DNA of 64,000 nucleotides from Gloeobacterales cyanobacterium (GTDB taxonomy: Bacteria > Cyanobacteriota > Cyanobacteriia > Gloeobacterales > PMM-0068), in NCBI GenBank assembly GCA_038245785.1, contig JBBRSB010000022.1, forward strand, positions 1-64,000, read 5' to 3'. The notes under the pieces were generated by a model that had not been told where the DNA came from, did no database searches, and was given only the letters and a program-made list of their open reading frames with translations. A program made the position numbers and the translations under genes. Positions within the stretch are counted from its first letter, which is position 1; each line of letters begins with the position of its first letter. This document shows positions 57,569 through 64,000 of this stretch, piece after piece.

Positions 57569-58231
57569 ATGATGACCCGCGAACCCCCGATCGCCAAAAC
57601 CAACGGCCATATCCCTGCAAACCTGTTCAATCCCAAGCTCTATGTTCGTTCTGAAATAGAGAGTGGACTTCTGGAAACCCGTCAGGGTCGTCGGTTGATC
57701 AGCCTGCCCGATACGCTCATTCATGCTATGTACTCTGCCCTGGAGCGGGAAACAGGCCAGGCGGCTCGGCTCGTACTTTTCAACGTTGGCCTGTGGTGGG
57801 GCAAAGAGTTTTACAAGCGGCTGAATAGCGAAATACAGGATTACTACGGTCAATCCATTGCTCAGATGAGCATGACCATGTTTGAGTTACTCCTCTCCCA
57901 AGCTTGGATTGCTCACGGTTGGGGACGGATTCATCTTGACATGTCTCTTAAGGATAGAGGCTTAATCCAAGTAACTTTGAGGCATTCCACTCTCCCTGGA
58001 GCAGCCAATCGCACCGAACCCACGAGTTATCTAGAGCAGGGAATCCTCAAGTCCTTCTTTGCAGAGTTGACGGGTCGTGACTTGGGCTGCGTTCAATCCG
58101 AATGTACCTCTACAGGACATCCTCACAATCGGTTCATCATCACCCTTGCTAAACGCCTGGACAAAGCAGAAGCCTGGATGAGTGAAGGAATTAGCCATGA
58201 TGAGATGATCGGTCGACTGACTGCTTCATAG
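57569..58231 (+). CDS. V4R domain protein
   Basis: GLLETRQGRRL, HGWGRI, CVQSEC...NRF. Confidence 0.85.
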   Translation: MMTREPPIAKTNGHIPANLFNPKLYVRSEIESGLLETRQGRRLISLPDTLIHAMYSALERETGQAARLVLFNVGLWWGKEFYKRLNSEIQDYYGQSIAQMSMTMFELLLSQAWIAHGWGRIHLDMSLKDRGLIQVTLRHSTLPGAANRTEPTSYLEQGILKSFFAELTGRDLGCVQSECTSTGHPHNRFIITLAKRLDKAEAWMSEGISHDEMIGRLTAS

Positions 58232-58269
58232 ACCTGACCCATAAAAGTGCAGTCGTATCTGAGAACATA

Positions 58270-58332
58270 ACCCCCTATAGTCCCCCACCCTCCGGGAAGG
58301 CTACGCCTAGTGCCGAGGAGACTATAGGGGGT
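58270..58332. repeat. Inverted repeat with 13-bp arms downstream of the V4R operon
   Basis: ACCCCCTATAGTC ... GACTATAGGGGGT. Confidence 0.55.
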
Positions 58333-58390
58333 CTTCTATTTAATTCTACCTAGCAACTTAGGTACTATCCCAGCCTTCAATTTTTCTATC

Positions 58391-58438
58391 TTTCCACCAT
58401 CGTCGTTCCCTCACAAATGGGAATGATGATGGTGGAAA
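58391..58438 (+). other. 20-bp RNA hairpin upstream of typA
   Basis: TTTCCACCATCGTCGTTCCC-8nt-GGGAATGATGATGGTGGAAA; the mismatches are G-U pairs on the plus strand. Confidence 0.55.
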
Positions 58439-58564
58439 TTTGTGCGCAGATAAAGTTTCTCCGCTAGCCAGATACCAGCTCTGTTCCTAAAAATGCTACG
58501 CTGGGAAAGCTTAACGTTTTGTTACCTTCCTTTTCCCCTTCCCTCCCAAAAAAGCATTTTCCCC

Positions 58565-60358
58565 ATGACCATCAAACACATTCGTAACGTCGCTATCATT
58601 GCCCACGTTGACCACGGTAAGACCACGCTGGTTGACGCTTTGCTGAGACAGTCAGGGGTCTTTCGGGCCAACGAGTTGCTCGTTACCTGTGTCATGGACT
58701 CCAATGAACTGGAGCGTGAGCGCGGCATCACCATTCTTTCAAAAAATACCGCTGTGTACTACGGCGAAACCCTGATCAATATCGTAGACACCCCAGGACA
58801 CGCTGACTTTGGCGGAGAAGTAGAACGGGTTCTAGGCATGGTGGACGGCTGTTTGCTGATTGTCGATGCCAATGAGGGGCCGATGCCTCAGACGCGCTTT
58901 GTTCTGAAGAAAGCGCTAGAGAAAGGCTTAAAGCCGATTGTGTTCGTCAATAAAATTGATCGTCCCCAAGCGGACTCTCCACGAGCTGTGGACAAAGTTT
59001 TGGACTTGTTTATTGAACTTGGCGCTGATGATGACCAGATTGAATTCCCTGTATTCTATGGGTCAGGGCTGGCGGGTTACGCGGTAGCAGAGCCTGAAGA
59101 TAAATCCGAAGACATGAAAATTCTGTTTGAAGGTATTCTTCAGCACGTACCACCCCCTGTCGGAGATGTCAGCAAGCCCTTCCAGCTCCAGGTAACCACC
59201 CTCGACTACTCCGATTATCTAGGCCGAATTGTGATTGGCAAGATTCACAATGGCACCGTCCGAGCGGGTGAGCAGATTGCTCTACTGCGAGAAGACGGCA
59301 GTGTTAGCAAGGGCAAAATCACCAAGCTTCTAGGCTTCCAAGGACTCTCTCGTGTGGAATTGGAAGAATCCAGTGCTGGTAATCTAGTGGCGATTGCAGG
59401 GTTTGCCGATGCCAACATTGGCGAGACTTTGGCCTGTGCTCAGAACCCAGAAGCACTGCCTTTGATCCGGGTTGACGAACCAACGCTACAGATGACCTTT
59501 TCGATTAATGATTCTCCTTTTGCAGGGCAGGAAGGCAAGTTTGTCACCTCCCGTCAGCTTAGAGACCGTCTGTTCCGTGAATTAGAAACGAACATTGCCC
59601 TCAGGGTTGAAGAAACCGATTCTACGGATAGCTTTGTTGTCTCCGGTCGGGGAGAGCTGCACCTGGGAATTTTGATTGAAACCATGCGTCGCGAAGGCTA
59701 TGAGTTCCAGGTTTCCAAACCCAAGGTTATCTTCCGGCAAGTGGATGGTCACGTCTATGAGCCTTTTGAAATGCTGGTCTTAGATGTGCCTAATGATGGT
59801 TCTGGCTCTGCTATCGAGAACCTGGGTCGTCGCAAGGCCGAGATGCAAAATATGATTGCCTTTGATAATGGCCGTACGCAGCTGGATTTTGTCATCCCTG
59901 CCCGTGGTTTGATTGGCTTTCGTTCTGAATTTATTCGCTACACCAAAGGCGAAGGAATCATGAACCACTCCTTCCTGGACTATCGTCCTTCAATCGGAGA
60001 CATTGGTGGTCTGCGCAATGGAGTTCTGGTTTCCTTTGAAGAAGGTGAAGCCACCTACTATGCACTCCAAGGCTTTGAAGACCGAGGCGTCTTTTTCATT
60101 ACACCCGGTACAAGAGTCTACTCTGGGATGATTATTGGTGAAAATAACCGGAACCAAGATCTAGAGCTGAATGTCTGCAAAGCCAAGAAGCTAACCAACA
60201 TGCGGGCTTCTTCTGGAGAAGAACTCGTTCAACTGAAATCTCCGATCCAAATGAGTTTAGAGCGAGCGTTGGAGTACATCTCAGATGATGAACTCGTCGA
60301 AGTTACCCCCAAATCAATCCGTCTGCGCAAGCAAAAGGTTAAAGCCGGGAAGCGTTAG
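58565..60358 (+). CDS. typA: Translational GTPase TypA/BipA
   Basis: [46 protein letters not shown]. Confidence 0.96.
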   Translation: MTIKHIRNVAIIAHVDHGKTTLVDALLRQSGVFRANELLVTCVMDSNELERERGITILSKNTAVYYGETLINIVDTPGHADFGGEVERVLGMVDGCLLIVDANEGPMPQTRFVLKKALEKGLKPIVFVNKIDRPQADSPRAVDKVLDLFIELGADDDQIEFPVFYGSGLAGYAVAEPEDKSEDMKILFEGILQHVPPPVGDVSKPFQLQVTTLDYSDYLGRIVIGKIHNGTVRAGEQIALLREDGSVSKGKITKLLGFQGLSRVELEESSAGNLVAIAGFADANIGETLACAQNPEALPLIRVDEPTLQMTFSINDSPFAGQEGKFVTSRQLRDRLFRELETNIALRVEETDSTDSFVVSGRGELHLGILIETMRREGYEFQVSKPKVIFRQVDGHVYEPFEMLVLDVPNDGSGSAIENLGRRKAEMQNMIAFDNGRTQLDFVIPARGLIGFRSEFIRYTKGEGIMNHSFLDYRPSIGDIGGLRNGVLVSFEEGEATYYALQGFEDRGVFFITPGTRVYSGMIIGENNRNQDLELNVCKAKKLTNMRASSGEELVQLKSPIQMSLERALEYISDDELVEVTPKSIRLRKQKVKAGKR

Positions 60359-60402
60359 AAGCCCGTGGGACAATGGACATTCCTATATAGGGGTTCATTG
60401 TC

Positions 60403-61668
60403 TTGCCTGAACCTTGGGATGCTCTGATTCTCTCTAATGGCCCTGGTGAATTAGCGACCTGGGTGCGTCCTGTAGTGGCAGAACTCAAGGCGCGTCACCC
60501 TGAAGCTCGGGTATCGGTGGTCCTATCACCCTGTTCCAATGCTTCAGGTCAGGAAGCTCAATTTGCCCAGAGTATGATAGGCGTAGACCGCGTGCAAGCC
60601 GCTAAACACTACCGCCGATTTTTGCTTACGGGTAAAACAGCAGGGACCTGGGACTGGTATGCCAAGGGCATTACGGTATTTCTAGGAGGAGACCAGGGAT
60701 TTTCTGCCCTGATTAGCCGTCGCTTAGGCTATCCGATCTTGGTCTATGCCGAATTGATGGCTCGCTGGCCCAGATTTGTTAATCGCTATGGTCTCAAGGC
60801 TGAAACGGTTCGTGACAGCAAGAGTTCTCACAGGGAACGTTTCAAGGGCCAATTTAAGGTGATTGGAGATTTGATGGCCGATGGAGTGCACGTAGGTTCG
60901 CAGGATACCGCTTACGTCGAAAAAGTCCTAGACCTCCAGCTTGGTCAAACTTTGATCGGTCTGATGCCTGGTTCTAAAGCAATGAAGCTTTCCCAAGGTG
61001 TTCCTATGATTATGGGAGCTGCCGAATATATGCAGTCCCTTGATCCAACCCTACGTTTTGTGGTTCCGGTTGCACCCACGACTTCTCTGGAATATCTCGC
61101 CTCTTTTGGAGATCCCAAAAATGTAGATATTGAGGCCACCTTTGGTACCAGCGCGGCTCTGATTCAAGATCAATCAGGAGCGAAACTAGTCACGCCAAAA
61201 GGCACTGCCGTCCATCTCTGGACAGAGTCCCCTGCCTATGACCTGCTGGCTCGCTGTGCTCTTTGTATCACCACAATTGGCGCGAATACCGCCGAGTTGG
61301 GTTTCCTTGGAATCCCGATGGTCGTCTGCCTGCCGAATAATCGCTTGGAAGCAATGCGCGCCTGGGACGGGCTCCCTGGCCTTTTAGTAAATCTTCCTGG
61401 GGTCGGCACTTTGGCCGCTAAAGCAATCAATGGCTATGTGGAGAACCGATTAGGACTCCTGGCCTGGCCCAATATGCGGGCTAAGGAAGAGTTAGTCCCC
61501 GAATTACACGGACGCTTAACGCCTCAAATCATTGGGGACGTAGCCCTAGAACTCTTAGCCGATGCTCCTCGCCGGACGGAAATGAGCCACAGGTTGAAAA
61601 TGGTAATGGGTTTACCTGGGGCGGCGAAGGGTCTAGTAGATCTTGTAGATGAAATGGCTCCTCTCTAG
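60403..61668 (+). CDS. Lipid-A-disaccharide-synthase-related glycosyltransferase (cyanobacterial LpxB-like)
   Basis: LSNGPGE, FLGGDQ, GDLMAD, MPGSK, TTIGANTAEL. Confidence 0.75.
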   Translation: MPEPWDALILSNGPGELATWVRPVVAELKARHPEARVSVVLSPCSNASGQEAQFAQSMIGVDRVQAAKHYRRFLLTGKTAGTWDWYAKGITVFLGGDQGFSALISRRLGYPILVYAELMARWPRFVNRYGLKAETVRDSKSSHRERFKGQFKVIGDLMADGVHVGSQDTAYVEKVLDLQLGQTLIGLMPGSKAMKLSQGVPMIMGAAEYMQSLDPTLRFVVPVAPTTSLEYLASFGDPKNVDIEATFGTSAALIQDQSGAKLVTPKGTAVHLWTESPAYDLLARCALCITTIGANTAELGFLGIPMVVCLPNNRLEAMRAWDGLPGLLVNLPGVGTLAAKAINGYVENRLGLLAWPNMRAKEELVPELHGRLTPQIIGDVALELLADAPRRTEMSHRLKMVMGLPGAAKGLVDLVDEMAPL

Positions 61669-61689
61669 AGAAGGGAGGAGCCATTTCAC

Positions 61690-63957
61690 TTAGCGCTTAG
61701 CGGGGGATGGACTCGACGAACGGCGCGAACCCACCAGTTCGGGCGTACGGTCGTTAGTCATGTCAGGAAGTTTGATATTCCAAGCAGACACAGCCTGACC
61801 GTAGCCACCGGGAGCGACGGCTTGAGCCATTTCAAGGAAGGCTGCCTTATCGCCAGCCTTGACTTCTTCACGAATGGTGTAGTTCTCCAGTGCCGCACGC
61901 CAGCCAATGAGCACAATCGGCCCTGTATAGCGCTGACCAGGACGAAGTTGGTCAGGCTGCTTGGAGCGCCACTCATAATCGAAACGAGGCGTGGTCAGAT
62001 TGTAGGGCTGACTCAGCTGGCGGAGCTGATAGGGCAGGGTATCGCTACCAAAGGTTTCACGATACTCTTCGCTATCGACTAAGGCATCGATGAAGGCGAG
62101 ATAGCCTTTCTGGGCAATGATGATCGAGTATTTAATCGTCTCCTGCTTACCGTAGGGCTCCCGACCTAAGAAGCGTTTGAGGCTGACCTCAACGAATCGG
62201 TAGTTATTGTTGGGTTCTAAGACTAAGCGACGATAGACATCAGACTTACCGAGGCCCCGCACAAAGTCTTGAACGCTGATCGCCCCATTCCGCAACTGAG
62301 ATTCAAGAGCGGTTTGGCGGTTGCTGTCAATAAACAGGTGTTCGCTAAAGATCTGGCGATAGGCCGCATAGATGAAGTTCTGGAACTCCTGTTCGTCCTT
62401 CATGTCGTAACGGTTGAAGCTCAGAGGCTTATCTTCTCCCGCCATCTGGGGCACGGAAGCGACTCGATGGGGCCTGGTGGCGTACTTAGTATCCAGCAAG
62501 GGGAGTAACCCTTTGGCAACATCCGCAGGGTTGTAGCTGGAGGATTGCTTGTAGGGAATAGGTTCTTTGGTCGTGCCATAGGTTGGGATGTTGATGTTGG
62601 CCGTAGCCCCTGCCGTCCCAAAACCGACCATAGGTCCAGCGTAGAAATCGCTTGGACGGCGCTGGTCGAGCTGTCTAGAGAGCCAATCTGCACCAAAGCG
62701 AGGCGTAATCAAGTTGTAGGGCTGACTCAGCTGGCGGAGCTGATAGGGCAGGGTATCGCTACCAAAGGTTTCACGATACTCTTCGCTATCGACTAAGGCA
62801 TCGATGAAAGCGTGATAACCCTTCTGGGCAATGATAATCGAGAGCTTAATTGTTTCCTGCTTAGAATAAGATTCACGGCCTAGGAAACGCTTCAGACAGA
62901 CATCTACAAACCGATAGTTGTTGTTCGGTTCTAAGACTAAGCGACGGAAAACGTCGGACTTGCCGAGGCCTCGCACAAAGTCTTGGACGCTGATCGCTCC
63001 GTTACGCAACTGGGATTCCAGGTTGGTTTGACGGTTGCTGTCAATAATCAGCTGTTCGGCAAAGATCTGGCGATAGGCCGCATAGACAAAGTTCTGGAAC
63101 TCTCGTTCGTCCTTCATGTCGTAGCGGTTGAAGCTGAGGGGCTTATCTTCTCCTTCCATTTGGGGGACAGAAGCGACCCTGTGCGGTCTGGTGACGTACT
63201 TGGTATCCAGTAAAGGAATTAACCCTTTGGCGACATCGTCTGGGTTGTAGCTGGAGTATTCTGTGTAGCCAGCGCCTGAAGCGTAGGTAGGGGCAACATA
63301 GGTACTAGGTGCAGTGTAGGAAGGAGCAGCACTAGCGGCAACCGCAGCTCCGAAGCCAAGCATCGGACCGGCATAAGCTTCACCGGGACGGCGTTGGTCA
63401 GATTTTCTAGGCAACCAATCCGCAGCATGGCTAGGCGTGACTAAGTTATAGGGCTGGCTCAACGGACGAAGCTGATAGGGTAAGGTATCTGCTCCAAAGG
63501 CTTCAGCATACTCAGCGCTGTCTACGACCGCATCAATGAAAGCGTGGTAGCCCTTCTCCCCAATTACAATTGCCCACTTGATGGTTTCCTGCTTGGAATA
63601 TGGCTCCCGTCCTAGGAAGCGCTTTAGGGTAATCTCTACAAACCGATAGTTGCTATTCGGCTCCAGAATCAAGCGGCGATAGACTTCGGATTTCCCCATC
63701 CCCCGGACGAAATCTTGGACGCTGAGCGCTCCATTGCGCAATTGGGATTCCAGGCCGACCTGGCGGTTACTTTCAAGAATTAGCTGTTCGCCCAAAATTT
63801 GACGATAGGCTGCATACACAAAATTCTGAAATTCCCGCTCGTCCTTCATGTCGTAGCGGTTGTAGGCTATGGGTTCATCTTCGAAGCCCATCTGGGGGAT
63901 AGAAGCCACCCGGTGCGGCCTAGTTACATACTTGGTCTCAAGTAAGGGAATACCCAT
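61690..63957 (-). CDS. Phycobilisome linker with three tandem CpcG-type (Pfam00427) domains, CpcJ-like
   Basis: Three copies of PLLxTKY.TRPHRVAS...AAYRQI...LESQLRNG..SVQDFVRG...KRFLGR...DSxEY...FG.DTLPYQ. Confidence 0.85.
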   Translation of the reverse strand: MGIPLLETKYVTRPHRVASIPQMGFEDEPIAYNRYDMKDEREFQNFVYAAYRQILGEQLILESNRQVGLESQLRNGALSVQDFVRGMGKSEVYRRLILEPNSNYRFVEITLKRFLGREPYSKQETIKWAIVIGEKGYHAFIDAVVDSAEYAEAFGADTLPYQLRPLSQPYNLVTPSHAADWLPRKSDQRRPGEAYAGPMLGFGAAVAASAAPSYTAPSTYVAPTYASGAGYTEYSSYNPDDVAKGLIPLLDTKYVTRPHRVASVPQMEGEDKPLSFNRYDMKDEREFQNFVYAAYRQIFAEQLIIDSNRQTNLESQLRNGAISVQDFVRGLGKSDVFRRLVLEPNNNYRFVDVCLKRFLGRESYSKQETIKLSIIIAQKGYHAFIDALVDSEEYRETFGSDTLPYQLRQLSQPYNLITPRFGADWLSRQLDQRRPSDFYAGPMVGFGTAGATANINIPTYGTTKEPIPYKQSSSYNPADVAKGLLPLLDTKYATRPHRVASVPQMAGEDKPLSFNRYDMKDEQEFQNFIYAAYRQIFSEHLFIDSNRQTALESQLRNGAISVQDFVRGLGKSDVYRRLVLEPNNNYRFVEVSLKRFLGREPYGKQETIKYSIIIAQKGYLAFIDALVDSEEYRETFGSDTLPYQLRQLSQPYNLTTPRFDYEWRSKQPDQLRPGQRYTGPIVLIGWRAALENYTIREEVKAGDKAAFLEMAQAVAPGGYGQAVSAWNIKLPDMTNDRTPELVGSRRSSSPSPAKR

Positions 63958-64000
63958 AAACTGCGTCTCTCTTTCGGGATACTTGGTTTTGTATTGTAAA

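Noticed and set aside
58493..58564. N-terminal extension of typA
   Set aside because: The family begins a few residues before [10 protein letters not shown] 58565 fits better.
1..64000. CRISPR array, prophage or intact transposase
   Set aside because: No regularly spaced repeat-spacer series, phage structural genes or full-length transposase/integrase ORFs were seen.

Overview
Cyanobacterial chromosomal segment. A Gloeobacterales-like host is inferred from a three-domain CpcG-type phycobilisome linker and the apparent scarcity of HIP1 outside the left island. 1-8.3 kb is a decaying, all-plus-strand island of small detoxification-type genes and gene fragments, with integron attC remnants, GTAG-type REP motifs and an antitoxin whose RES toxin is deleted internally. 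8.3-24.2 kb is an inorganic-carbon region: ndhR/ccmR, ndhF3-ndhD3-cupA-(cytochrome b)-cupS, and an unusual ABC operon. In that operon NrtA/NrtB-like subunits, a Tat-exported beta-carbonic anhydrase and CmpC/CmpD-like ATPases sit behind a promoter with the same ATAG-N8-CTAT architecture and spacing as the ndhF3 promoter; this is the top finding. Further right are MarR/SnoaL, a formamidase locus with a stand-alone Cys-tailed permease, ictB, two DUF4330 paralogs, MerR-SDR-AKR and an AT-rich PNP-TPR-GreAB-PIN candidate defence gene. Then come a P450, glgP, ftsH, a GluR0-like channel lacking the GYG filter, cobD, tRNA-Leu(TAG), truA, an orphan PetD paralog, rnhA, a Pap-like V4R/ferredoxin/phycobiliprotein-like operon, typA, an lpxB-like gene and the triple-repeat linker. 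All family assignments come from motif recognition by eye, not from database searches.
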